Assembly: GCA_036381215.1 (NCBI GenBank)
Contig: DASVDF010000050.1
Span: 29,379-93,378 of the forward strand
From: Woeseiaceae bacterium
GTDB lineage: Bacteria; Pseudomonadota; Gammaproteobacteria; Steroidobacterales; Woeseiaceae
DNA length: 64,000 nucleotides
Direction of reading: 5' to 3'
Part shown: one piece after another, positions 46,972 to 56,513 of the stretch
Layout: each line of letters opens with the position of its first letter
Numbering within the stretch: position 1 is the stretch's first letter
Position numbers and translations under genes: made by a program
The notes under the pieces: generated by a model
Databases searched by the model: none
Seen by the model: only the letters and a program-made list of their open reading frames with translations
What the model was told of the DNA's origin: nothing

Positions 46972-48880
46972 GCAGGGCGCGTCCTTCGCCGTTTTGCGCG
47001 CGCTTCGGCGCGTCGGTGGTCTCGAGGCGGTCGTACCACGTCTTCTTGAGGATCGCCGCCGACGCCCCGAACACCAGCAGGCTGACCACGAGCGAAGCGT
47101 TTTCGCGGATCACGAGGAACACCGGGGCGGCGACGAGGCAGGTCTGCGCCACGATGCCGATCACCACGTTGAACATGTCGCGCCGGAAGCTCGTGTTCGC
47201 GCGGAACTCGGGATCCTCGGCCACGACCAGCCGGTGGATCGGCCCCCAGAAGCCCCAGGGGCGGACGTTGCGGTAGAAGCCCTTCAGCACCGCGAAGTCC
47301 TGCGGCTTGCTCGCAAGGCTCACCCACACGCAGGCGAGTGTCGATAGCGCGAGCAGCAGCGGGAACAGGTAGAGCGGCAGCACGTCCGGCGCCGTGCCCG
47401 CGAACACGCCGCGGAACAACGGCGGCAGCGCGAGCGCGCCGACGATCCCGGCGAGCATTCCGGCGAAATAGCCCATGCCGTTCAGCCGCCACCAGTACCA
47501 CTTGAGCACGTTGGCGGCGGCATAGCCGCCCCAGAGCCCCGACACGAGCCACTGGAGCACGCTGTTGATGCTCTCGACGAACCAGCCGATGCACGTGCTG
47601 ACGACCACCACCAGCGTGCACGCGATATAGCTCGCATGCACGAGACGCCGCTCGGAGGCGCGCGGGTCGAGCCAGCGGCGGTAGAGATCGTTCACGAGGT
47701 AGGCCGAGGCGGCGTTCAGCGTCGCCGCGAACGTGCCCATGAACGCGGCCAGCAGGCCCGCGAGCAGCAGGCCGAAAATGCCGACCGGCGCGAACCGCAG
47801 CATCGCCGCGGGCAGGATGCTTTCGAAATCGAGGCTGCCGCCCGACACCAGGTCGAGATCGCGGTAGTACACGATCGCGAGCACGGCGAAGCCGGCGATC
47901 ATGAGGTAGCGCACCGGGTTCAGCACGATGGACACGAAGCCGCTCATCAGCGCGGCCTCGCGCGGCGAGCGGGTGGAGAGGATCTTCTGCATGTCGTAGT
48001 TCGGCGCCGGCCCCGCGAGGCTCACGAGCACGCCCTTGAACAGCATCATGGTGAAAAAGATGCTGAAGAGCGTATAGCCGTCGGACAGGATCTTGTCGTT
48101 GACCTCGTCGATGATGCCGCTCCAGTCGAGGCCGAGGCTCCAGCCGAAGAACGGGTTCGCCCAGCCGGCGGGGGCTGCCGCGTCGAGTGTCTCCGGCGAG
48201 ACGTTCCCGATGGCGATGGCGGCGATCACGACCGAGGCGGCCGCCATGATGCTGAACTGGAGCACGTCGGCCCAGACGATGCTCCACATCCCGCCCATCA
48301 CGACATAGAAGGTGGCGATGCCCGTGAAGAACACGCCATAGAGGTGCGGGACGTACTCGGGCGGGACGTCGAACGGAACCCACGGCGCCACGGCTTCCCA
48401 CGGAATGAAGATCTCCATGAATTTGCCGATGCCGATGAAGCCGTAGGCCAAAAAGCCCATCACGCTGACGACGGCGAACGCGACGACGATCATGTGCGAG
48501 AGCTGCGCCCCGCGATCCTCGCCGAAGCGCGTGCGGATCCACTCCGCGCCGGTAAGCACGTTCGAGCGGCGCAGCCAGGCCGAGAGGAACGCCGCGAGAA
48601 AGACCTGGTTGAAGACGGGCCAGAGCCAGGGAATCCAGATGCTCTTCAGGCCGTACACGAAGCAGAGCGTCACCAGCCACATCGTGCCGGAGATGTCGAA
48701 CATGCCGGAGGCGTTCGACAGGCTCAGCAGGTACCAGGGCAGGGTGCGTCCGCCCTGGTAATAAGAAGTGAGATTGGCGGCCGCCCGGCGCTTGAGATAC
48801 AGACCGATCGCCACGGTGCCGAGGAGATAGGAGCCGATGATGGCGAGATCGAGCGCGCCGAGTTGTTGAGGCTCGTCCAT
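46961..48880 (-). CDS. sodium:solute symporter (SSS) family transporter
   Basis: 639-aa track ORF with about 13-14 TM helices and an N-terminus ([23 protein letters not shown]) typical of SSS carriers. 11-nt overlap with the GH94 start. Confidence 0.85.
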   Translation of the reverse strand: MDEPQQLGALDLAIIGSYLLGTVAIGLYLKRRAAANLTSYYQGGRTLPWYLLSLSNASGMFDISGTMWLVTLCFVYGLKSIWIPWLWPVFNQVFLAAFLSAWLRRSNVLTGAEWIRTRFGEDRGAQLSHMIVVAFAVVSVMGFLAYGFIGIGKFMEIFIPWEAVAPWVPFDVPPEYVPHLYGVFFTGIATFYVVMGGMWSIVWADVLQFSIMAAASVVIAAIAIGNVSPETLDAAAPAGWANPFFGWSLGLDWSGIIDEVNDKILSDGYTLFSIFFTMMLFKGVLVSLAGPAPNYDMQKILSTRSPREAALMSGFVSIVLNPVRYLMIAGFAVLAIVYYRDLDLVSGGSLDFESILPAAMLRFAPVGIFGLLLAGLLAAFMGTFAATLNAASAYLVNDLYRRWLDPRASERRLVHASYIACTLVVVVSTCIGWFVESINSVLQWLVSGLWGGYAAANVLKWYWWRLNGMGYFAGMLAGIVGALALPPLFRGVFAGTAPDVLPLYLFPLLLALSTLACVWVSLASKPQDFAVLKGFYRNVRPWGFWGPIHRLVVAEDPEFRANTSFRRDMFNVVIGIVAQTCLVAAPVFLVIRENASLVVSLLVFGASAAILKKTWYDRLETTDAPKRAQNGEGRALHAT

Positions 48881-48909
48881 GCGGGTGCTCCCCGGATCGC
48901 AGCCCGGAA

Positions 48910-48925
48910 TGCTAAACGTTTTACA
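48910..48925. promoter_or_regulatory. LacI-family operator, copy 1
   Basis: TGCTAAACGTTTTACA lies 30 nt upstream of the SSS start codon. It is the exact reverse complement of copy 2. Confidence 0.65.
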
Positions 48926-49104
48926 GTCGCTTATTCAAGCTCCTGTTCCGGAAACGGCCGCCGGCGCCGGCCATTCGGGCAGGCCCGCCGGCGGGCCCGC
49001 CATACCCCTGTTCACGGAATCCCATGTTAGCGCGCACAGCAAGATTCGGGCCGACTCGAAAGCGGCTCATAGCCGACGAGCATGCGAGCGCTACCATTTT
49101 TTCG

Positions 49105-49133
49105 TTGACAAACCGCGCGGACCCTCCCAAGAT
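49105..49133 (+). promoter_or_regulatory. candidate sigma70 promoter of the TonB-receptor operon
   Basis: TTGACA (49105-49110), a 17-nt spacer, then CAAGAT (49128-49133). The -10 abuts operator copy 2. Confidence 0.4.
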
Positions 49134-49148
49134 GTAAAACGTTTAGCA
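49133..49148. promoter_or_regulatory. LacI-family operator, copy 2
   Basis: TGTAAAACGTTTAGCA, a pseudo-palindrome around AAACGTTT, lies 64 nt upstream of the TBDR ATG. Confidence 0.65.
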
Positions 49149-49211
49149 GGGCCGCGGGGCGAGCGACCCCGCCGGTTCCATCGCCGGACCGAAGCCACAG
49201 GGGGAATTTCG

Positions 49212-52200
49212 ATGAATGCGAATCCGAAGTTCAAGGTCAGTCCCATTGCGGCCGCCGTGAGCGCCGCATTGTTGCTGGGCGCGGCCGATGCCGCCCTCGC
49301 CCAGGACGAAGACGACGGCACACGAAACCCGAGCTGGGATTCGAACCTGGAAACGATCGTCGTCACGGGCATCCGGGGCAGCCTGCAGACGTCGATGAAC
49401 ATCAAGCGCACTACGACCGGCGTCGTGGACGCCATCACCGCCGAGGACATCGGCAAGTTCCCCGACACCAATCTTGCCGAGTCGCTGCAGCGCATCTCGG
49501 GCGTCTCCATCAGCCGCGTGAACGGTGAAGGCTCGGAAGTGACGGTACGCGGGTTCGGCGCGATCAATAACGTGGTCACGCTGAACGGCCGGATGATGCC
49601 CGCGGGCGGCGTGTTCGGCGGCGGCAGCGGCGCGGGCGGGACGGAGGGAGACGCCAACCGGGCGTTCGACTTCGCGAATCTTGCCTCGGAAAGCGTACAA
49701 GGTGTCGAGGTCTACAAGACCGGCCGCGCGGATTTCACGACCGGCGGCATTGGCGCGACCATCAACATCATCACCGCGAAGCCGCTGCAGAATCCCGGGA
49801 TGCACGGGAGTTTCGGCGTCAAGGCGGTCAGCGACACGACGGACGAGATCGACAGCGGCGTCACCCCCGAGCTGTCCGGCATCTTCAGCTGGACCGACGA
49901 CGCCGGGAAATTCGGCGTCGCCCTCTCGGCCAGCTACCAGGAGCGGGACTCCGGCGCCGCCGGCGCGTCGATCAACGACTGGAACATCGGCAGATGGCCC
50001 GCCGACCCGCACGACAGCCTGTACTCGTTCGTGGACGACCCGCAGATCGACAACGCGCCCGACGTGGGGCAACTGTACGGCCGCCCCAACGACGTGCGCT
50101 ACAGCTTCTCCGACCGGCATCGCGAGCGCACCAACGGCCTCCTGACATTGCAGTACCAGCCGGTCGAGAACGTGACGGCGACGCTGGATTACCTGTACGC
50201 GGAGAACGATCTCGAGGAGCAGCGGGGCGAGGCGACCTTCTGGTTCGCGAACGGCACTTCCGCCACGCGGGTCGAGTTCGACGACGGCCCGGTGGCGGCG
50301 CCGCTCATCTACAGCGAGACGCTCACCAACAAGGACAACGGCTTCGAGCAGCAGTTGCGGAGACAGGTCAACACGCTCGATTCCCTTGGGTTCAATCTTG
50401 CCTGGGACGCCAGCGACAGCCTGTCGTTCAGCTTCGACGCGCACCATTCCACCATGGAGAGCGTTCCCGACGCTCCCGCGAACGCCGGCGAGCTGGCCAT
50501 GAGCATCGCCGCTCCCATCCACTCCGGCCAGACAGCGGATTTCAGCGGCGATCTCCCGAGCGTTTCCACGACCGTCAATGATGCGAACACCAACGCCAAC
50601 GGTCATTTCGATCTCGACGATTTCGGCACCCAGATCGGCCGCATCTGGTACGCCGCGCAGGAGACCGAGATCACGCAGATCAGGCTGGACGGATCGCTCT
50701 TCCTCGACCAGGGTCGCATCGATTTCGGCGTGGAAAGCCGTGCGATGGACACGACGCAGCAGAACTCGAACCGGCAGATGACGTTCGGCAACTGGGGTGT
50801 GTCGGATCCGGGCGCGATTCCGGACGGCCTGATCCACGAGTTCAACCTGGCCGCGCACTTCGACGACTTCCACATCCCCGATGCACAGCAGTTTGGCGTG
50901 CGGACGGATGACGTGCCGGCGCTGATGCAGTGGGCGATCGATACCTATGCGACGCCGGAGAACGGGTACGTCTTCGCCTACGATCCGAACTTCACGACGG
51001 ACAACGATATCGAGGAGGATACCTGGGCCGGGTACTTCCAGGTCGCAATGGACGGTGAGCTGGGCGGCATGGACACACACATTCGGGCCGGGGTCCGCTA
51101 CGAGAGGACGGATGTCACCTCCCTTTCGCTGATGCGCGTGCCGCTTTACCTGCTGTGGGAGGACAACAACGACTTTCGGACGATCGAGGCCGAAGAGAAG
51201 ACGCCGGTCTCCGAGAAGGCGCACTACGATCACGTGCTGCCGAGCTTCGACTTCGACATCAACCTCAGGGAAGATCTCAAGGGACGCTTCTCATACAGCA
51301 AGACCATCGCCAGGGCAGGCTACAGCGACCTCGCGGCTGCCGTCGGTCCGTTCGGCACGGTGGGCTCGACGCTCCTCGGTACGATGCCGACGGCCGATGC
51401 GTCGAACCCGCACCTCGTGCCGCTGGAGTCCGACAACCTCGACCTGTCTCTCGAGTGGTACTACGACGACGCGAGCTACGCGTCCGTAGGTATCTTCGAG
51501 AAGCGGGTCAGCAACTTCATCGGTACCGAGCAGATAGACGAGCCGCATTTCGGCGTGCTGGACCAGACGAACGGTCCGCGCGCCCGGCAGGCACAGGCAG
51601 CGCTCGAAGAGTTGGGCGTCGCCGTCGACGACACGTCGTTGTTCGTCATGATGGCGGTGCTCGACAACCCGCAGGCGTTCCCGGGCGGGGCAGCCGATTT
51701 CGTTGCCGACGGCAACGTGGTCGATGCCGATTTCGCCGTGGACGTCGCCACCGACTTCGATCTCGTGCCGGTTGACGGCGACCCGACCATGATTTTCCGG
51801 ACGGCGACTCCGGTCAACAACAAGGAAGCCCAGATTTACGGCGCGGAGCTCAACCTGCAGCACTTCTTCGGCGATAGCGGCTTCGGAATCATAGCCAATT
51901 ACACCGTCGTGGAAGGCGACATCGGGTTCGACGTGCTCGCGGATCCCGCCGCCCAGCAGTTCGCTTTGCTCGGCCTCAGCGATACCGCCAATCTGGTCGG
52001 GGTGTTCGAAAACGAGAACATGCAGGCGCGCGTGGCGTGGAACTGGCGTGATAGCTACCTGAACGAGACCAACAAGGGTAACTCCAATAACCCGGTGTTC
52101 GTCGACGCATACCAACAGCTCGATGCCAGCTTCACGTATCTCTTCAACGATAACCTTTCGGTATCCGCCGAGGCACTCAACATCACGGGAGAAGACATTC

Positions 52201-52289
52201 GTCACTATGGCCGTTCCGAGAGGATGCTGTGGTACCTGCAGGATCTCGGCGCGCGCTACCAGGTCGGCGTCCGCTACAACTTCGAGTGA
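49212..52289 (+). CDS. TonB-dependent outer-membrane receptor (carbohydrate-type)
   Basis: ATG at 49212 (MNANPKFKVSPIAAAVSAALLLGAADAALA signal peptide). It has the TonB-box-like ETIVVTG, the plug segment VVDAITAEDIGKFPDTNLAESLQRISGVSISR, and the C-terminal VGVRYNF. The upstream part of the 1136-aa track ORF is non-coding. Confidence 0.9.
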   Translation: MNANPKFKVSPIAAAVSAALLLGAADAALAQDEDDGTRNPSWDSNLETIVVTGIRGSLQTSMNIKRTTTGVVDAITAEDIGKFPDTNLAESLQRISGVSISRVNGEGSEVTVRGFGAINNVVTLNGRMMPAGGVFGGGSGAGGTEGDANRAFDFANLASESVQGVEVYKTGRADFTTGGIGATINIITAKPLQNPGMHGSFGVKAVSDTTDEIDSGVTPELSGIFSWTDDAGKFGVALSASYQERDSGAAGASINDWNIGRWPADPHDSLYSFVDDPQIDNAPDVGQLYGRPNDVRYSFSDRHRERTNGLLTLQYQPVENVTATLDYLYAENDLEEQRGEATFWFANGTSATRVEFDDGPVAAPLIYSETLTNKDNGFEQQLRRQVNTLDSLGFNLAWDASDSLSFSFDAHHSTMESVPDAPANAGELAMSIAAPIHSGQTADFSGDLPSVSTTVNDANTNANGHFDLDDFGTQIGRIWYAAQETEITQIRLDGSLFLDQGRIDFGVESRAMDTTQQNSNRQMTFGNWGVSDPGAIPDGLIHEFNLAAHFDDFHIPDAQQFGVRTDDVPALMQWAIDTYATPENGYVFAYDPNFTTDNDIEEDTWAGYFQVAMDGELGGMDTHIRAGVRYERTDVTSLSLMRVPLYLLWEDNNDFRTIEAEEKTPVSEKAHYDHVLPSFDFDINLREDLKGRFSYSKTIARAGYSDLAAAVGPFGTVGSTLLGTMPTADASNPHLVPLESDNLDLSLEWYYDDASYASVGIFEKRVSNFIGTEQIDEPHFGVLDQTNGPRARQAQAALEELGVAVDDTSLFVMMAVLDNPQAFPGGAADFVADGNVVDADFAVDVATDFDLVPVDGDPTMIFRTATPVNNKEAQIYGAELNLQHFFGDSGFGIIANYTVVEGDIGFDVLADPAAQQFALLGLSDTANLVGVFENENMQARVAWNWRDSYLNETNKGNSNNPVFVDAYQQLDASFTYLFNDNLSVSAEALNITGEDIRHYGRSERMLWYLQDLGARYQVGVRYNFE

Positions 52290-52331
52290 CGCATAGCAGG
52301 GGCGTGCGGGACGCGCCTTCAATGTCAGCAG

Positions 52332-52363
52332 AAAAGGCCGCCGTTCGAGCGGCCTTTTCCTTT
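52332..52363 (+). terminator. rho-independent terminator/attenuator after the TBDR gene
   Basis: AAAAGGCCGC-cgttcga-GCGGCCTTTT, a 10-bp stem, is followed by CCTTT. Confidence 0.6.
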
Positions 52364-52422
52364 GCGCACGAGACGGTAGAATCGTCAAAGGCCGACTCGC
52401 AGCCACGGTCGCCCGGCAACGT

Positions 52423-53193
52423 ATGACCCGTCACGTTCTCCTGAACAACGTCGAGCACAAGGACCTGAAGGTCGTTACCCGGTATTCGGCCGAGTATGGG
52501 GACGGCGTGCACGCCGTTCTGACGTTTCCGACGGAATACGCCGATATCCAGCGGGAGTACCCGATTCTCTTTCGCAGGCAGGGCGATTCGTGGCAGTCCG
52601 TGGTCTTGCTGGGGCTCGAGGAAGGCGAGAACCTCTTCCTCGACGACGGCCGGTGGAACGCGCACTACGTGCCCGGTATCGTGGCACGCGGGCCCTTCCT
52701 GATCGGCTTTCAACGGCAGGAGATCGACGGTGCCGAGCGTCGCGAGCCGGTCGTACACGTCGACCTCGACGATCCCAGGGTCAATGAGCTCGAAGGGGAA
52801 CCTGTGTTCCTCGAGCACGGCGGGAACACGCCTTACCTGCAGCGCATCGCGGCCATCCTGAGAGGCATACAGGAGGGCATCGCCGTGAGCAAGCCGATGT
52901 TTGCGGCCCTCGAGTCTCACGGGCTGATCGAGCCGGCCAATATCGAAATGGAAGTGCACGCCGATGTCCGCTATGTCCTGCGGGGCTTTCATACCATCAG
53001 CCGGGACCGGCTCGCGGCGCTCGACGGCGGCGCGCTGGAGAGCCTGAACAGGGCGGGCTTCCTGGAGGGCGCCTTCCTGGTCCTCGCATCGCTCGGCAAC
53101 ATCCGCAAGCTGATCGATCTGAAGAACCGGCGAATGTCGCGGGCCGCAGGAGCGCGCACCGCGCGCGACACGGGGCGCAAACAAATACCATGA
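52423..53193 (+). CDS. SapC family protein
   Basis: 256-aa track ORF. The N-terminus LNNVEHKDLKV, YPILFRR and HYVPGIVARGPF are SapC-type segments. Confidence 0.85.
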   Translation: MTRHVLLNNVEHKDLKVVTRYSAEYGDGVHAVLTFPTEYADIQREYPILFRRQGDSWQSVVLLGLEEGENLFLDDGRWNAHYVPGIVARGPFLIGFQRQEIDGAERREPVVHVDLDDPRVNELEGEPVFLEHGGNTPYLQRIAAILRGIQEGIAVSKPMFAALESHGLIEPANIEMEVHADVRYVLRGFHTISRDRLAALDGGALESLNRAGFLEGAFLVLASLGNIRKLIDLKNRRMSRAAGARTARDTGRKQIP

Positions 53194-54233
53194 CAAGAAC
53201 GAGGACCATTACGGGCAGACGAACGAAGGTCCTCGGCGGTTGCCGGCCCGAGACGATCCCCTGGCAGGATCTCATGGAGGGCTGCGAGCCCGTCGTATTG
53301 AAAGGTTTGCTGACGGACTGGCCGTTGGTCAACGCCGGCCGGAAATCATCAGGCGAGGCGATCGCCTACATGAGGTCGTTCGACAACGGCAGGACGGTGG
53401 GCGCCTATTACGGCGTGCCGGAGATCGGGGGTCGCTACTTCTACAACGACGACCTCTCCGGCCTCAACTTCGAAAGTCGCCGTTCGCCGCTGTCCGAAGT
53501 GCTCTCCACGATTGAGCAGCATCTCGAAGACGACCGGCCGCCTTCGATCTACGTCGGCTCGGCGACGGTCGACGCCTGCCTGCCGGGCTTACGGGCCGAA
53601 AACGACGTCGTTTTCAACGACGGCATGTTCGCCGGCAACGAGCCGCTGGCCAGCATCTGGATCGGCAATCGCTCGCTCGCGTCCGCGCATTACGACGCGC
53701 CGAACAACCTCGCCTGCTGTGCCGTCGGCCAGCGGCGGTATACGCTGTTTCCGCCGGAGCAGATCGCCAACCTCTATCCCGGGCCGCTCGATCCCACGCC
53801 GGGCGGGCAGGCCGTCAGCATGGTGAATTTCGCGAGCCCCGATTTCGGGAAGTACCCGCGCTTTCGCGACGCCATCGAGGCCGCGCAGGTTGCCGACCTG
53901 GAGCCCGGCGATGCGCTCTTCTATCCGAGCCTGTGGTGGCACCAGGTGGAGGCGTTCGCGCCGTTCAACGTCATGCTGAATTACTGGTGGAACACCTCGC
54001 CGAAGTTCATGGGGACGCCGATGAACGTGCTGAAGCACGCGCTCCTCACCTTGCGCGATCGGCCGGAGCACGAAAAGCGGGGCTGGCGGCAGATATTCGA
54101 TTACTACGTCTTCGGCGACCCGGAGCGTCCCCGCGAGCACCTGCCGGGGCACGCGCACGGCGACCTCGAAAAGATGGACGAGATGAAGGCGCGCCGGCTG
54201 CGCGCGGAACTGCTGAACAGGCTCAATCGGTGA
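53190..54233 (+). CDS. cupin-like / JmjC-type (Cupin_8) putative Fe(II)/2OG oxygenase
   Basis: 347-aa track ORF. It has the HxD in SAHYDAP and a distal His in LWWHQVEAF, and the segment YTLFPPEQIANLYPGP. ATGA-type overlap with SapC. Confidence 0.8.
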   Translation: MTRTRTITGRRTKVLGGCRPETIPWQDLMEGCEPVVLKGLLTDWPLVNAGRKSSGEAIAYMRSFDNGRTVGAYYGVPEIGGRYFYNDDLSGLNFESRRSPLSEVLSTIEQHLEDDRPPSIYVGSATVDACLPGLRAENDVVFNDGMFAGNEPLASIWIGNRSLASAHYDAPNNLACCAVGQRRYTLFPPEQIANLYPGPLDPTPGGQAVSMVNFASPDFGKYPRFRDAIEAAQVADLEPGDALFYPSLWWHQVEAFAPFNVMLNYWWNTSPKFMGTPMNVLKHALLTLRDRPEHEKRGWRQIFDYYVFGDPERPREHLPGHAHGDLEKMDEMKARRLRAELLNRLNR

Positions 54234-54255
54234 ACAGATCAGCGGGCGCGACCGA

Positions 54256-55746
54256 ATGAAGGCACCCAGGTCGACGAAAGTCGTGATTGCCGGCGGCGGG
54301 ACGGCCGGCTGGATTGCGGCCGCGGCGCTCTCGAGCAAGCTGGGTGACGTGCTCGACATCACGCTCGTGGAGTCGGAGGAGATCGGCACCGTTGGCGTCG
54401 GAGAGGCCACGATCCCGCCGATGCGGGTCTTTCACAAGCTGCTGCGTATCGACGAGCCTGAGTTCATGCGCGCGACCGAAGCCACCTTCAAGCTGGGAAT
54501 CCTGTTCGAGGGCTGGAAGCGGCCGGGCGATACCTACATACACTCCTTCGGCAGGAACGGAACGGAATCATGGCTGTGCGACTTCCAGCATTTCTGGCTG
54601 CGCGGGCTGGAGGCGGGAATCGAAAGCTCGATCGGAGACTACTGTTACGAGCTGCAGGCGGCGAAAGCCGGCCGCTTCGCCACGGCGCCCGATGCTTCCA
54701 TCAACTTTGCGTACCACATCGATGCCGGCCGGTACGCGAAATTCCTGCGGCGCCTCAGCGAGGGTCACGGCGTCCGGCGTGTCGAGGGCAGGATTGCCGC
54801 GGTCAACCAGAATGCGGAATCGGGCTTCATCGAATCCCTGGTGATGGCTTCGGGCGAGGTGGTCGAAGGGGACCTGTTCATCGACTGTACCGGCTTCCGC
54901 GGACTCCTGATCGAGCAGACCTTGCACTCCGGGTACGAGGACTGGTCACACTGGCTTCCTTGCGACAGCGCCGTTCCCGTGCAGACGGAGAAGACCGGGC
55001 CGGCGGCGCTGTACGTCCGGGCCATTGTCCATGCTGCCGGCTGGCGCTGGCAGATCCCCCTGCAGCACCGTACCGGCAACGGCATGGTCTATTGCAGCCG
55101 GTACCTGTCGGATGACGAAGCCACGGCACGACTCCTGGCCGACATCGACGGCACGCCGATCACCGAGCCGCGGGTCATCAGGTTCCGGACCGGCCGCCGC
55201 CTCAAGTGCTGGAACAAGAACGTCGTGGCCCTCGGGCTGGCCAGCGGCTTCGTCGAGCCGCTGGAATCGACCAGCATTCACCTCATCATGATGGGCGTCG
55301 TCCGCCTGATGCAGCTCTTTCCGTTCGACGGGCCGACCCCTCCGCTCATCGACCAGTACAACCGGCTGACGCAGGACGAAATCGAGAAGATACGCGATTT
55401 CATCGTGCTGCATTACCACGTGACGGAGCGGGACGAGCCGTTCTGGCGCCATTGCAGGGGCATGGAAATTCCAGAAACGCTCGCGCACCGCATCGCCCTG
55501 TTTCGCGAGAATGCGCACGCGTGGCAGGCCGACAGCGAGCTGTTCCGGGTGGATTCCTGGACGCAGGTGATGCTGGGCCAGGGAATCATGCCGAAGCGTT
55601 TCCATCACCTCGCGCGCACGATGAGCGACGTCGAGATCGCCGATCTGTTACGCGGCATCGCGAGCACGATCGGCCAGGCGGTCGCAAAGTTGCCGCCGCA
55701 CGAGGAGTTCCTCGACCGCTATTGCCGGTCGGAGAATGCCCGCTGA
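54256..55746 (+). CDS. flavin-dependent tryptophan-halogenase-family protein
   Basis: 496-aa track ORF. VVIAGGGTAGWIAA (GxGxxG), GVGEATIPP and GWRWQIPL (the WxWxIP motif) are all visible. Confidence 0.85.
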   Translation: MKAPRSTKVVIAGGGTAGWIAAAALSSKLGDVLDITLVESEEIGTVGVGEATIPPMRVFHKLLRIDEPEFMRATEATFKLGILFEGWKRPGDTYIHSFGRNGTESWLCDFQHFWLRGLEAGIESSIGDYCYELQAAKAGRFATAPDASINFAYHIDAGRYAKFLRRLSEGHGVRRVEGRIAAVNQNAESGFIESLVMASGEVVEGDLFIDCTGFRGLLIEQTLHSGYEDWSHWLPCDSAVPVQTEKTGPAALYVRAIVHAAGWRWQIPLQHRTGNGMVYCSRYLSDDEATARLLADIDGTPITEPRVIRFRTGRRLKCWNKNVVALGLASGFVEPLESTSIHLIMMGVVRLMQLFPFDGPTPPLIDQYNRLTQDEIEKIRDFIVLHYHVTERDEPFWRHCRGMEIPETLAHRIALFRENAHAWQADSELFRVDSWTQVMLGQGIMPKRFHHLARTMSDVEIADLLRGIASTIGQAVAKLPPHEEFLDRYCRSENAR

Positions 55747-55819
55747 CGGTCCTTGTGACGTCAGCGGGGAAGCGCCAGCCGCAAACCGTTGCAGAAAGGA
55801 CACCAGTGATACGGTGGAG

Positions 55820-56512
55820 ATGAAGCTGAACCCGTCGGCACGAGTCCGGCGCACCACCGTCGGGCACGAAGCCCTGCCTCTGCTCGTCATCGACGATTTC
55901 GTGAGCGATCCGGACGCGCTGGTCCAACACGCCGCCGGCCGCCTGTTCACCGAACGCTGGCGCTGGTTCCCCGGCATCCGCACGCGCGCACCGCTCGCCT
56001 GGCGCCGGCTCGTCGTCGGTGAGCTCGGTGACCTCCTGCGCCAGTTCTTCGGCCTTGGCAGGTGCTCGCTCGGATTCAGCATGTGCCATTACTCGCTGAT
56101 CACGACGCCCGCCGACCGGCTCGCGATGCCGCAGCGCATACCGCACTTCGATTCGCTCGGCAGCGACGGCATTGCTTCCATCCATTACCTCTTCCGGGCA
56201 CCGCACGGCGGCACGGCGTTCTACCGCCACCGGCGCACCGGCTTCGAATCGGTCGACGAGAGCCGGCGCGATGCCTACTTCGCGGCGCTCGAGCCGGAGC
56301 TCGCGGGGCGCGACGCACCGCCTGCCGCCTACATCGACGGCGACACCGCGCTCTTCGAGCGCGTGCACGCGGAGAGCGGGCGGTTCAACCGGATCCTCTT
56401 TTATCGCCGCAACGCCCTGCACTCGGGCTCGATCGGTAAGGATTTTGTGCCGGATGCGGATCCGCTCACCGGCCGACTCAGCATCAACAGCTTCATCGAC
56501 CCCGGGACCTGA
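55820..56512 (+). CDS. DUF6445-like protein with 2OG-Fe(II)-oxygenase-like HxD...H residues
   Basis: An ATG at 55820 after GGTGGAGA. Candidate metal ligands are the HxD in RIPHFDS and a distal His in RRNALHSG. The family name is recalled with moderate certainty. Confidence 0.6.
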   Translation: MKLNPSARVRRTTVGHEALPLLVIDDFVSDPDALVQHAAGRLFTERWRWFPGIRTRAPLAWRRLVVGELGDLLRQFFGLGRCSLGFSMCHYSLITTPADRLAMPQRIPHFDSLGSDGIASIHYLFRAPHGGTAFYRHRRTGFESVDESRRDAYFAALEPELAGRDAPPAAYIDGDTALFERVHAESGRFNRILFYRRNALHSGSIGKDFVPDADPLTGRLSINSFIDPGT

Positions 56513-56513
56513 C

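Noticed and set aside
44431-47049. 872-aa plus-strand ORF
   Set aside because: It is antisense to the GH94 phosphorylase gene and has no motifs. It is another GC-driven shadow frame. The same reasoning applies to 49143..51233 (antisense to the TBDR), 56493..58727 (antisense to GH9), 19150..20823 (antisense to the GGDEF gene) and 60601..61716 (antisense to GH67).
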